DNA of 63,821 nt, the filler included, from Octopus bimaculoides (Eukaryota), in assembly GCF_001194135.2 (NCBI RefSeq). It is 6 parts of 6 records of this genome, joined end to end, with 100 filler letters (N's around TTAATTAATTAA, not from the genome) between each part and the next. Parts side by side here need not be neighbours in the genome. Positions count along the whole stretch, not along the records: positions 1 to 14,856 come from NC_068999.1; 5 more parts are not named here. One strand, given 5' to 3'. Every line of letters begins with the position of its first letter. The stretch's first letter is position 1. The notes under the pieces are model-generated. The model saw only the letters and a list, made by a program, of their open reading frames with translations, had not been told where the DNA came from and ran no database searches. Positions 1 through 12,340 of this stretch are shown here, piece after piece. The translations under genes were made by a program, and so were the position numbers.

Positions 1-29
1 ATATATATATATATATATATATATATAGG

Positions 30-185
30 CAGAATTCACAAAAAAACCCCCAAAAGACGAAGACAGGTGGTGAAGACAACAAACAGATGTATTAGTTTAA
101 TGCTTGGGAAGTGAAGAAGTCTTTAACGTTTCGAGCCTATGCTCTTCCACAGAAAGGAACACAGAAAGAAACAAGGAATGTGTAG
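30..185 (-). mobile_element. Short Penelope-like-element terminal repeat fragment carrying a minimal hammerhead-like motif (121-156)
   Basis: Minus strand reads CCTTT-CTGTGGA-A-GAGC-ATAG-GCTC-GAAAC-GTT-AAAG, then ctaatacatctgtttgttgt...cacctgtcttc. A related tail occurs at 58740-58810 (3' of a Penelope GIY-YIG remnant), 59826-59845 and 62935-62950. Confidence 0.6.
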
Positions 186-299
186 TGGTTAGCGATCTAT
201 CATGGTGAATAAGACTAAATGTCTAAATGTCTAAAAGTTAATGATTTGTGAGTAAAATTACAAAGTACAACACAAAATATAATGAAAAGTTAGTAGCCA

Positions 300-971
300 T
301 TGTTTATCTTTAGGATATATCATAATTGCATGTTTTCCATCAATGGGTCATTTTTAGTCAAACATGTTTAAGTTATACTGATTTTTAAGGAGAAATGCAA
401 TTAGGAAGGAGTTTGACTTATGCCAGTGAATTAAGGATAAAATCATTTGACCTTTCTAGTGTTGAGCTGTGTATAAGGTCTATTATGTTGTGAAGCATTT
501 CAAACTCTAGAAGGCAAAGATCTGATTGTCATTAAAGCAAGTGGGAGTCATTCATCTCATTGTTTTATCAGCTCGTTTATTTGCATTGGACGTAACTGAA
601 TAGTTTCCTATATAACTCCATTATAACATTCATGTTGTCCATTTGATGATGAATGATAAGGAGTTATTCTAGTCTTATGAATATTTCATCTACTTAAAAA
701 TTCCAGTGTTTTCAGACTGCATGCCATGGTTACTATGAACAAAACTTAGAGCACTGGGCTAAATGAATAATGTGGAGAGATTCTGAATAACAGCTCAAGA
801 ATTTGATTCTCTTTGGACAAATATGAAAGAGTAATGAATAAACTCAAGTGTTGTCAAAATGTAAGAGTTACTCATTCATCCTACAATATCAAGTCAAAAT
901 TATTGTCAAATTTTGTTGGTTGTATATAAGTTGACTAATTGTAATTTTGATGAGGTGAAGTTTTAGCCTTG
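300..971 (-). mobile_element. Degenerate Ty3/Gypsy integrase (catalytic core and C-terminal part)
   Basis: Minus-strand translation with stops and frameshifts gives LDIVG (first D), FVHSNHG (cf. IHSDRG), RITPYHSSSNGQHECYNGVI*ETIQL (cf. TTPYNPQGNGQCERYNG), LPLALMTIRSL and TKNDPLMENMQL. Confidence 0.8.
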
Positions 972-2264
972 TATTAGATCATCCCATAAATAATGTGTTT
1001 TAATTGCATGAACTAAAAGTCAGAGGGAGATGGGATGAACTATCTGCATCATCTTGATATAACAGCAGGTAGTAATTTAACCTTGTACTTATTCTTAGTG
1101 CAAATTTTGAAGAATGTAGTTCGATTTTAGCACTTATTTTTTCAAAGCTATAATGTAAGTGACAAAGGAGAATATTCAGCATATTTTGCTTTATGAGTTC
1201 AATAAATACAATAACGCAATGGAAAGTGTGAGAAATATTAATGCAAGTATATGGGGATTGGACAATAAGCACAAGCCAGTGTCAAAGGTGGTTCCAGAAA
1301 TCCCTAGCTGGAAACTACAGCCTAGAAGATGAGCCTCATCCTGGAAGATCTGTAGAGCTCGATAAGGACATCCTGCTAAACCTGATGGAACAAAATCCCA
1401 TCGTACCTGTTGAGGAACTAGCAGAGAAGCTTGGATTTGGTCATTCAACCATTCGTCAACACCTGTGTGCCATTAGAAAAGTCAGCAAATTGGGTCAATG
1501 GGTTCTTCCAAAACTTTCTGAGTCTAATCACATGCAATGAATGCAAGTGTGCTTTCTTCTTTGCTGTTACATCTCATGAATGAGCCTTTTTTGGACCGAA
1601 TAGTGACCTGTGACAAGAAATGGGTTCTCTATAAAAATGTCAAGTGCTGAAGACATTGGATAGGGAAAGGAGAAACACAGGCACCCCAGGTTAAGGAAGA
1701 TCTTCATCCACATAAGCTGTTATTATCTGTTGGGTGGGATATGAAAGGTTTAGTCCACTTTGAACTTCTCAACCCAAACCAATCCATAGCAAAGGAGATC
1801 TACTGCAAACAGCTTGAGTGACTTAAATAAGCGCTAGAAGAAAAACAACCATTTTTGATTTCAAGATGAAAGGTGTTCTTCCATCAGGATAATGCTCGGC
1901 CACATACAACGAGGATGACATTCCAAAGGCTGGAGCAGTTTGAATGGGAAACAATGCCTCACCCACCATATTCACTGGGCATTATCCCATCTGAATATCA
2001 TTTGTTCCGCAGTCTTCAAAATCATTTGAAAGGGAAAAAATGTGACTTCTGTAGACGAGGTCAGAACAGTAGTGGAGAGGTATTTTTCATCACAGACAAG
2101 TGAATTTTAGAAGAGGTATCTTGAAAGTCTACCAGATAGATGGAAGAGCATTGTAGAAGATGAAGGAGAGTATATTTTAGATTAATAAAGAACTTTGTTT
2201 ATCATAATTTTGAAAAATAAAAGAAGTATTAAAAAAACCGCATTGTCTCTGAGATGACCCAATA
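972..2264 (+). mobile_element. Full-length (about 1.29 kb) inactive Tc1/mariner element
   Basis: Left end TATTAGATCATCCCATAAATAATGTGTTTT (from 972) is an imperfect inverted copy of the right end (reverse complement TATTGGGTCATCTCAGAGACAATGCGGTTTT, ending 2264). TA at both ends; encloses a mariner transposase pseudogene. Confidence 0.93.
1153..2185 (+). pseudogene. Mariner (D,D34D-type) transposase pseudogene
   Basis: M*VTKENIQHILLYEF...VYGD...CQRWFQK...SLEDEPHPGR (HTH region); NEPFLDRIVTCDKKW (D1); FFHQDNARPH (D2); HPPYSLGIIPSEYHLFRSLQN (D3 site decayed from YSPDLAPSD); ends LPDRWKSIVEDEGEYILD*. Multiple stops and frameshifts. Confidence 0.92.
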
Positions 2265-3780
2265 CATTTGTAGCATAATCTATGTATGTTCTTAATTGGC
2301 TGTTATGACTTAATTCTTTTCATATAAGCCATTTGTTTATCTCAGTCCCATCTCTTTATGAATCTTCTTTGTGTTATCTACCACTTCATCCTTTGACATC
2401 ATTTCCTTAGCATTAGCAACTGCAGAAATTGTGCTTGAAGCATGCAAACCCAAATTCTCTATTTCTGGATGTTGATGACACAGTGTAGCATTTTTAATAA
2501 CAGATTTAGGTTAAATAATAAATAAGAAAGCTATTGCTTGTTGATCTGAAATAATTTTGAATTTTTCTGCTAAAGTGGTAATGCTGCAAATTATCCTCAA
2601 CTGATTTGATTATTGTACAGGATTTTAACTCTCTTTGGATCATTTTCCTTTCAGTGTCATTCAATCAATGTGAATAGAAGCAAATTGGTTGTCCATTTTG
2701 TATAAGGACAGAACATATTGGTGTGGTAGACATATCTATTTCAGGAGTAAATAGTGAAGCAGGTGTTGGAGTGGATAACAAAGCTATTGCAACAGTCTTT
2801 CAGTTCCTCAACTGATTCAAGACATTCAGTTGGCATTGAAAAATATTGATATTGTTTAACTTCAGTAAAACTTTTTATCTATTTTGAATGCTGCAGAATA
2901 AAAAGTTCAAATTCCTTGAAATTTCTAGATACAAAACCCAAGTAGAGGCTGCAGTCTCTCAGAGTCAAGCAGTATCTTATCTTCTCTAAAATCATAACCT
3001 ACATTATGGGTGGGGAGTAAAGTAAGAGTCCTGTCTCTCAAATACATTTAAGGAGGAAAGCTTGCAAATTTTCCTCATGGATTTTCATAATTTCTCCACA
3101 TATCACCTCTTCATCACTCTACTTAAAGATTGGTATTCAATTTTTCACTCCAAATAGCAATCACATAAATTATAACAATTCATTATTTGCCTCAACAAAA
3201 CCCTATAAAATCTTACACTCTAGGAGGCCAGAGTACTTGACACTATGCTGCACAATATCAAAATGATTATTTCCATTAATTTGGCTTAAATATCACAAAC
3301 GGACAGGATAGAACATGCATCTGAATGTGAATATCTTTTAGCAGATGTGTCATCAGTCACTAAATGCTTCTTGACACCAGTTTTGTTGGCAGCAGTCAGC
3401 AGTTTATTAATTTCATCTTTAATGAAGTGGCAGTCTTCAAAAGAGTGATTCCAAGCGGAGAAAGATATGAGTATTGCTTCCATATAAATTGCTAAGTAAG
3501 AGTCAGTGAATATTAAAAAGAATGAACTCTCAGCAATTTGAATTCAATCTTTTAAATTCAATCTGAAGAAGCCAAAATTATGATAATGTGGGTATTCCCA
3601 AGATGAAAGGATCAGATATTTCACAGACAAGAAAACTTTTAGTTTGTAGTTAGAAATAGTTTACTCCAATGGTTAGGATTATCTTTCAAGTTATGTTAAG
3701 CTTGTTTGCATCAACAGATTGCATTTTTTGTGATGAAGTCACTTTATCTGCGCCTCATAATAAATAACAAACTGTTCTAC
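2265..3780 (-). mobile_element. Degenerate Ty3/Gypsy pol (protease end, RT, RNase H, integrase N-terminus)
   Basis: Minus-strand fragments: FLVCEISDPFILG (protease end); FIKDEINKLL (RT start); FVEANNELL*FM*LLFGVKN (cf. FEA..RLYQF.R.PFG..N); HEENLQAFL; FTPEIDMSTTPICSVLIQNGQPICFYSH*LNDTERK (RNase H); LAEKFKIISDQQAIAFLF...KSVIKN. Confidence 0.8.
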
Positions 3781-4024
3781 TACAGGTCAACACATATGCC
3801 CAGCAAACTCTCATAAAACTATACCTGATATAACATCATTCTATTAGTATTAACAAAACAATATAAAATAATTATAGAAAATTCAATACTACAAGGATAT
3901 CTACTTAAGGACTGAAAAAAGATGCAAACTGGTGAATGGGGGAATTATGTCCTTGTACTTTATCTGAAAATGGAAATCACCATTTCAACCAAATCAATGA
4001 ACTCAGCTTATGGCTATGGCTGTG

Positions 4025-4105
4025 AGCTAAGGAAGAAGCCTCTATGCAATCACTTATCTTGCTAGAAATAACAGCCAAATCTACTTTAGCTCACACCCTA
4101 CTGTT
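4025..4105 (-). repeat. Old dispersed repeat, core agggtgtgatttgagggagatttggctgctatttctagc
   Basis: Diverged copies also at about 6790-6910 (-), 8470-8560 (+), 16145-16200 (+), 16245-16300 (+) and 55465-55520 (-). Class not determined. Confidence 0.6.
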
Positions 4106-4140
4106 TTCACATTGGATAAGGTGATCCTCTGTTGTTAGCA

Positions 4141-4304
4141 GGGAGCAAGAGAGTCTGAGTGGTTAAGAAATTCACTTCAGAATCATGTGGTCTTGAGTCC
4201 CATCCCACAATGCAGCACCTTGGGAAAGTCTCTTACTGTAATCCTGGATTCATCAATGCCCTGTGAGATGAATTTGATGAATGGAAACCATGTAGAAGTC
4301 CATG

Positions 4305-4305
<1 letters not shown>
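4141..4305 (+). mobile_element. SINE family A, degenerate 5' half
   Basis: Aligns by eye to the head of the intact copy at 23352 (gtggttaag...catgtgg...cagcaccttgggaaagt...tgtgag.tgaatttg...ggaaac...agaagtcc), followed by (TA)n(TG)n. Confidence 0.6.
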
Positions 4306-4342
<37 letters not shown>

Positions 4343-7300
4343 AGTAGTAGGTGATGTATTTCAACAATTTATATTTGTGAAAGATCTAAACATCAACAAG
4401 AAAACCGATCAACAGGTGCTTATTAATGAAACCTGTTGTGATATTTGTTCCATCTGATTGGCACAGACAATTCCTTATCAATTTTGCTCTTTCAGTTGCA
4501 GTAAACAGATATTGGCTTGTTAAAAATCTATTACCAAAATGTGACATAAAAGAAATAAAATGAATACACCATAGCTGAAAGAAAGATAAACTGATGAAGT
4601 GACTTTTGATCTAGACATTTTAAAAATGTGTGTGTGAATGAAAGAGACCTCTTCATAGTTGCATAACCTCAGATATAATAGTGACAACGCCCTCAAATCA
4701 GTCATTACTATTTTAGGCCTAGTACAATATGTCTTGAGTAAAAGAAGGAAAATGGGATGGTAACAACTAGAATTCCTTTGATTAGAGATCTGTTCAACTT
4801 GAGCTGATTTAGCAGCTAAAAAAAAACAACAACAATAACAACAAAGAATGGTTAGGTTCTCCATGATTAGTTTGATATAGTGGGTAAGTGGATCATTAAA
4901 CTCCTGTTCAGCTGGTTATGAGGAATAAAAGACAACAGATTGGTATACTTTTAAAGATTAGGCATGTCTATTACCTATCAACATAGAAAGTTGAACAAAC
5001 TCTAGCTCTATGAATTAACTTTGTTCAATCTCTTTTGTAAAATATTGTAAAATGTTAATGGAAAGGTAAATGAATGAAATAAAATCTAAGTAATCAAGAA
5101 GAAATATTTATAATTCCATCTGTTTTCACAATTAACTGCTCATTATTTACAAATAAAAAGTGATATACTTATTTTATTAGGCTCTTAATATCATATGTAA
5201 ATGTATTGATTTGAATATGTTTGCATTTAGAAAAGTAAAAATGTCAAATAAAGACATAAAAATATGTTTGAACAAATCATTATTTCATAAATTTAGATGT
5301 GCAAAATTAATGAAACTTACCTGATAGCTTTCGATGCAGATCTGATATTTGCGTGTGCTTGCTATTAACTATTTTGAAATAGAAATTTTTCTTTTATTAA
5401 TTAGTGTTAAGTAGGGAAATATTTAATTTATCATAAACTCTTGCTTTGGTTAAAATAATTAAAACTGCAGTAAAAGTGAAAAATACAAACATTATTATAT
5501 ACCTGTGTTTGTTAATATAATGAAGATTTCAGCTGAAAGTACATATTGCTTTTTAATATTGAAGTATTAAATTAGTTTGTGATTTATTGGTTTCATATTT
5601 TTAGGGAATAAATATTAAAAATTGAAATTCATAACATGTTATTTTGATGAAGTAAGAATGAAAGTGAATTTTATTATCTTTTTGGTCCTAAATTATTCTA
5701 TAAATAATGTCTTACCACTCACTCTTTTAACTTTATAAACTACTTTATAACCATCATTTTTGTGTTAAATTTGAAAATATTTAGTATTTTTTTCACAAAC
5801 AGGTAGTGATGGATGGAGCTAAAACTGTGTGGGGAATATGTGGATTGGTGATGTTTAGAATAAGTAGTTGTAGGATTTTGAAAGTGTGTAGAGCTGTGTG
5901 ATGAGTCTATATAATGTTGCAGCTTCATTTGATTTCTTTTCTCATACGACTTAGCTTCTAGATCCTTGAGATTTGGATAATTATCTTTAAGTTGACCTTA
6001 ATCCAGCAGAATGATACTCAAAAACATTCAAGCCATTAACCTTCCAGTTTTTATTTCAATACTAATGTTTCTTACACTACATTATCAAGTATTTCTTTTT
6101 CATGGTGGTAATATCTTTTTAATAAGTGTTTGATAAAACATACAAATTAATTTTTTTTCCACAAACTATCTTTGTAAAATAGGGCAAGTGTGGTGTGTTT
6201 GGAGTTGACATTGAGCATCATTGTATATGATCAACACAGGATGCACTCTCTGGTTAGTAGGCTAGTACTTTTACAACTCAGCCAGTTGTAGCAGCCATCC
6301 TTTAGTTGAAGGTAATTAACTAAAAATTAAAATTGCTTGTTTCCTAATTTTTAGAAGGTGAAGAATGAAATGATAATAATATTAAGTGACAAACTAGATT
6401 ATTTACAGTATTTTGCTATATTACTTTGTTTAAAGTTCAAGTCCTGCTGTGGTTGACTTAAGCTTTCCTTTTCCTTTGTTTGTATCGTATAATTGTATCA
6501 ATTCAATCAACTACACTCCCTCTCTACAAGTTTGTAGCTTTATTGCTAACCAATGTAAGAAATCAATAACTGATGCCAGAATTTTCCTCTTTAAACTTGT
6601 TTTATGTGTTACACATGGTGCACACCATAGTAGACTTCTGACAAATTGATTCTACAATATAGGCTTGATTCCTAGTTCTAACCATTTCACCTTAATTCTT
6701 TTAGGAAAGGCATGAAAATTACAGCTCCTATAAGACCACCTATTCAAGTCAATAGCACTGGTCAATATGTTGATGCATACTTCTGGTGACAGAACAACAA
6801 ACCAATGAGAGTTCATTGAGTCAATGAGGGAGCTTGTATGTGGTCATCCAATCTGCTAGAAATAGCAGACAAAGCTCTCAAAGTAAATTTATTCTGTCTT
6901 AAATAAAGAAGGACAATATACAAAATTTTAGGATGGTTATGACTGAAATATTCATTCTTACTCCTTTAGTGTGTTGCATATTTAATGAAAAACCAATATA
7001 TGTTTCACGTTATACATTGATAGATGATTTTCTTCAAATGCAAGAATCTAAGCATATAGAACACAGAACTCTTTTAGAAATGCAAATAAAATCTCAGAAA
7101 ACTTCAATTAATATTGTTAAATAGTAATTCATTAAGTATTTGCCTAAATCTTCAAGAGGTAAAATGTGGAGTAATATAAATATAGCCAGGCGTTTAATAG
7201 TATGTATACTACCAATCTATATTCTTTGAGAAGTGGTCCAGTTAATCAATATATATTTAAAATAGCAGTTATATGTATTCCATCCATTTTCTTCTCTTGA

Positions 7301-7727
7301 ACATAGTATTCTGTAAGTATGGAGACATTTTGTACTATCTTATAAATGTTTTTAAATTGTAAAACCTAACTGATATTAGGTGAAATTATTGACATATTTT
7401 AGCAACCATTTAGTTGATATAAGTTGCTATTTTACTGTCTGCAAGAAATATGACCTTAAGGGGAGGATGTCAAATTGTTGGAATCATTTACACAACTAAG
7501 ATGTTAGTGATGCTAATTTGTGGTTCAACCAACTGACATTTTATAGGAATTTGATATCCAGTACCGCAGCTTAATTTAGCAATGATCTACTAGAGTGCTC
7601 TTAAACATCTCCTCTATTACTACTACTAAAGACATAATATATTTAGTTGATGGGAGGAAGCAGGATGCAAATCTAAAGAAAATTTGCAGTGAAACCATGT
7701 TTTAATGGGGAAACATAAAAAAATAAA

Positions 7728-7729
<2 letters not shown>

Positions 7730-7775
<46 letters not shown>

Positions 7776-7866
7776 CCTACATGAACTTCTAACTTGTTGT
7801 CTCTTGAGGTCTCTGGGTGAGACTTGGATCCAACTTGTACAAATGCAAAGCAAAAGTCAAACATAA

Positions 7867-7908
<42 letters not shown>
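7730..7908. repeat. Two (AAT)n microsatellites (7730-7773 and 7867-7908)
   Basis: Pure trinucleotide runs; they produce the poly-I and poly-Y ORFs in the track. Confidence 0.95.
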
Positions 7909-8069
7909 CCTTTCTACTCTCTTTGTGTGGTCACTAAAACTTTGCACAAAAACACAACTCAGTTTCTGGTGCAGCCCTACACCTTCACCAATTAAAAATG
8001 ACATATCATGACAGCTTTTCAGAGACAAGTAACATAGTGCCCTGGTATCACATATATACCAGAGATGGT

Positions 8070-8150
8070 TCTAGCTGTTGTTTAGACTCAGATCAGCTCT
8101 GATTTAATAGAACTATAAACAAAAGTATCCCATCTGTGATCGTACCGTCT
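8070..8150 (+). repeat. Old dispersed repeat, core tagctgttgtttag...tcagc.ctgat...atgatcaaa...gtgacc
   Basis: Related copies at about 10985-11060 (-), 26910-26995 (+), 27305-27395 (-), 38540-38610 (-) and 55590-55650 (-). Confidence 0.55.
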
Positions 8151-8245
8151 TTTGCTCAGATTGACTATATACAAGACTATATTACCCTATGGTATTTAAC
8201 TAAGCAGCTAGGGTCAGTTCGTAGCATGGGAACATAGACACTTTA

Positions 8246-8454
8246 GAAGCAGTAGTCTGGTAGAATCAGTAAAACACAAGAAAGAACTTATTTGGTGAAG
8301 TAGTTGTTCCAGCTCTTTATATTCTGCTGAAGTCACCTTTGCTTTTCATCCCTTTGAAGTTGATAAAATAAAGTAGTAGTCTAGTAGTCTAGGGTCAAGG
8401 TAGTAAACTAACCCCTCTAATCAAAGTTACTGACCTTGTGCCTAAATCAGAAAC
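8246..8454 (+). mobile_element. SINE family B copy with CpG-decayed sequence
   Basis: ttctgctgaagtcacctttgcttttcatccctttgaagttgataaa matches the core ttccgccgaggtcgactttgcctttcatcctttcggggtcgataaa of the copy at 38244, with CG changed to TG or CA. Confidence 0.7.
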
Positions 8455-8838
8455 AGGTATTCAGTCTGTCCTTTTTAGAAAAGGGTAGGGGTATGATTTG
8501 AGGGAGATTTGGTTGTTGTTTCTTGAAGGTCAAACAATCATATAAAACTCCTTCATTAACTTCAAGTTTTTTAGAATCCTAGGATCTACACATGGATCCT
8601 AGAATCTATGTGTAGATCTTTGGAAAAATCTTTCATATCTGGAATATTGTCATTCACAAAATACATGCACACACACACAAGCATGCATGCACACACACAC
8701 AAGCACATGCACATGCACAAACGCAATTTGTAAAGAAGGAATACAATTGAGTCAATCTCAGTAGTTAGTTAATCAACCCTGGAACTATGATAGTCAAAAT
8801 TATCATTTAATAATGATGATGATGATGATGATGATGAT

Positions 8839-9045
8839 GGTTTCAGATTTTGGCACAAGGCCAGCAGTTTTGGTGGAGGAGCCAAGTTGATTAAATTGAT
8901 GCCAGTGCTCAACTGATATTTATTTTATCAACCCTGAAATGATGAAAGGCAAAGTCAACCTTGGCAGATTTCAATTTAGAACATACAGACAGGCGAAATA
9001 CTAAGCATTTTGCCCAGCAGGCTAATAATTCTGCCAGCTTACCAC
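8839..9045 (-). mobile_element. SINE family B copy inserted between (GAT)n runs
   Basis: Colinear with the copy at 22786-23006 along its whole length; nearly every CpG is replaced by TG or CA. Confidence 0.8.
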
Positions 9046-9984
9046 TTTTATGATGATGATGATGATGATGATGATAACTATAACTTCTTAAAACTTTGAG
9101 ATGTTTATAAATTTCTATATCTTAGCTATGCTAGTTCCGACTTGTCGAGGCTCCTCTTAAAAATTTCATCAATTTCCATTTCTTAGCTATGCTAGGTCCT
9201 CCCCAAAAAAATCTAGAGTTCTATACATAATCCCCCCCCCCCATGCTAGAATTTCCATGAGCTTATCTGCTTCCCCTCTCTCTCCCCCTCCTCTTCCAAT
9301 GGGTTTTCAGTGCTGCTGTAATCATTCACAGGATAAGATGGCCATTTAATAGATCTCCCTATCTATCACTTTCTATGTTTGCTAAAACTTTGAAATGTTT
9401 ATATCTTAACTACAATGTGATTTTCCATAGATAAATTCTTTTATCTTAAATCCGATGGGGTGTTTATAGATAGACTACTATAGCTTTTTAAAACTTTGAG
9501 ATGTTTTTTATAAATTTCTATATCTTAACTATGCTAGTTCTAACTTGTTGACATTCCTCTCAAAAATCCCCTCCTGTTCGCCCCCAACCACTGCCAGTCA
9601 TGTCAAGTAGCAGTCCAATCAAACAGCCTGAATTAGTAGACACAACAAGCCCTCCTTCTCTGTTTAATGCTGCAGCATCAGCAGTAGCTAAACCAACAAC
9701 CATAAATCTGCCATTATTTGTTGTCTAAAAAAAAAAAGGGAAGACAATATAAGGACCCCTTGGCCTTATAGTAATAATATAAGTATAGCAATAATTGTGA
9801 AACTATAGTAGGGAACAAGTAAATAATAAGATAGGAATTATAGTAGTGAACAAATAAATAATTACCCACATTGATGATTACCCAGAATGATTAACAAGCG
9901 GCATTGTGAAACTGTCAACGACTGGCAACTAAAGCAACAACTTCACTAAGCTTTCTTGGTGAGGAGGGTGGATTTTCGACACCC

Positions 9985-10450
9985 TCGGGATTAAAAGCAA
10001 TATCTGTAAAAGTCTTCTTTGCTAATCCAATTCTACACTTGATGTCCTTATCTGACCTTCCATCTGATGTTATCCAACTTCCCAGATATATGAAATTGTC
10101 CTGCTCTATCCCAGTCCCATTCGCCACCAAGCGACATGCAGGTACCTGTACTTTCTCGGTCCAGACCATTGAGGTTTTCTGGCAGTTAATCCTCAGTCCA
10201 AGCTTTCCACTCTCCTCAGTCACGATATTAATCAATCCCTGAAGCTTCTCCTCTGTGTCTGCAAACAAAGCCGTATCGTCTGCATACCTCAGATTGTTAT
10301 AATTGCTTTCCCTACAGTTTTAGTCCTGCAGTTGTCTTGATCTTGCTTAGAGTTTTCTCACTATACAGGTTGAATAAATCAGGTAAAGAGATGTTGCTAA
10401 ATACTGTAAGGCACTCTCTGTCTGACATTTTACCATTTCTGTCAACTCCA
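9985..10450 (-). mobile_element. RTE-clade LINE reverse transcriptase fragment
   Basis: SLPDLFNLYSE...NNLRYADDTALFADTEEKLQGLINIVTEESGKLGLRINCQKT...FIYLGSWITSDGRSDKDIKCRIGLAKKTF. YADD motif intact; frameshifts upstream. Confidence 0.9.
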
Positions 10451-11999
10451 TTGTCCCACTAATAATGATAATGATAGTGATGATGATTATAAGAGATGAA
10501 GAATTGGTGAGCAGTAGAAATTAGACAGAACTTAGAAATCAGTGATACTTACAAAATATGAATGAATTCGTAATAACAAATTGAGTTACATGGCATTGAA
10601 TTATCCTATTTCCCAATGCACAAAACAAGAATGATGGAAAGAACTATAAGTCTAAAAGAAAATAATTTGCCCAAATACTTCCTACGTAATTTTTAAAGAG
10701 CTTTGATAATTAGAAAGATGCATGATGCTCTACAGATAAGCATATATAGTAGACTAAGTCAACACTCACACTAGAATCTGTTTGGAGTATATGACTGAAA
10801 AAAAAATAAAGACTATGATATAGTTTACATTAATGAATGATATGTGTAATTTAGTGGATAGGCTTCTTATAGCATGAATGTAGTCTGATAAGAGAAATGT
10901 TAGATGAATAGTAGATGGGATTAAAAGAGTTTGTAAAAGGAGGGGGGAAAAAGAGTAAGCAGTGATCTGAAAAATATGAGATAGTCATGGCTAGAACAGC
11001 TTATGATCTTTTGATCATAGATCTGCTTGATCAGGGCTGACCTGCAGATAAACAACAAAAGGATGAAGTAAGCAACTACATCTCAAATACACAATAGTTT
11101 CTGAAAGAGATAGTTACTGATTAGGCAGCTTTTGCTACTTGGCCAAACAATACTATTCAAATACCATTCCATTACCCTAGAGAGAGAGAGAAAGATGTGT
11201 CAAAATAAGCCATGGTCTGTTCATTTATGTTTTAAATTGGTGTAAAAACAAACACAGTTTATATTCAGAAATGGCAATTTTGATACTCTGTTTGTAAAAT
11301 ATAGAACCAGACATAAATAGTTTTGCACAGAGCCATGAAGTTCAAATTAACCACTAAAGATTAATGTACTAAAAATTGATCATTCTATTTCAAGAAAAAT
11401 TTTCATTTTTGTTTTTTTAAACAAACGTATAAAATATATAGAAGGTAAAATAGATCTCCATTTCAAAATTAATCCGATGTAAACCTATCCATCTAACAGC
11501 ATTTAAATGTAAAACGAAATCTAAAACTCTTTGCAAATTTGAATCTATTTCATTCCATATAATGTTGATGTGCTGCAAAATTCAAATATATTAAAATGAA
11601 ATTTAAAAGTAAAAAAGAAAACTGTTTTAATTTTGCTTAGTGCATTTGATTTGAAAGACTGGAGTAAATGGATTTACAGACACCACTTTGGCATGATTAA
11701 CATAAGATACTTGGAAGTGAGGTCCTCTCCCACTCTCCCAATGAGACAAAATACATAGTTGCACCAGGTAAGCACCTAAATAACATTTTAATTCATTCTT
11801 TCCCTTATATTCATAACTCATTCACATAATATTTTTGTTTTACATCTTTTTATCTTTGGTAGTTTTTCCCCAACTCCATGAAATATATTTTAATATCTCA
11901 TTATTGTCTTTGTGTAAAGAATTCCATCAAAATTCAAGATCAATGAATATTTTTATGGAACAATGCTTCTGAAATACAAATATCTTAGAGCCAAATCAA

Positions 12000-12340
12000 A
12001 AGAACACCACCCAACTGATTGATATGAAGCCACTCACCAAGACACTCCAATCTCTGGCCTGCAGTTGTTTCCTCTTTCTGTTTTCTACCTCTACACTTCC
12101 TCAAAGCTAGCTTGTCTCGTGCTGTTGCTACCAAAGCATTTCCAAATTAATTGTCTCTCCTCCCCTCATTAATATATAATGTGTCTGCCCTCCATTTTTC
12201 ACACTAATCATTATACCGAGACCTTCCTCCTGAGAGCATTGATCCTTTGGAAATCACACCTTGCTCATCTTTATATTACAGCTGCTAATTTCTAACTGTT
12301 CAACAACATTAACTATGTTGGTCTCACCAGTTTGATAAGG
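12000..12340 (+). mobile_element. 3' end of an L2/Jockey-group LINE (degenerate)
   Basis: TLQSLA...TFLLRALILWKSHLAHLYITAANF*LFNNIN resembles the ORF2 C-terminus LQPL.HRR...SF.PRT..LWNSLP......NL..FK..IN. A similar piece lies at 26050-26330. Confidence 0.5.

Noticed and set aside
5740-6020. About 90-codon open frame on the minus strand (QLKDNYPNLKDLEAK...)
   Set aside because: No credible splice sites or start, and no recognisable domain; it could be chance in AT-rich DNA.
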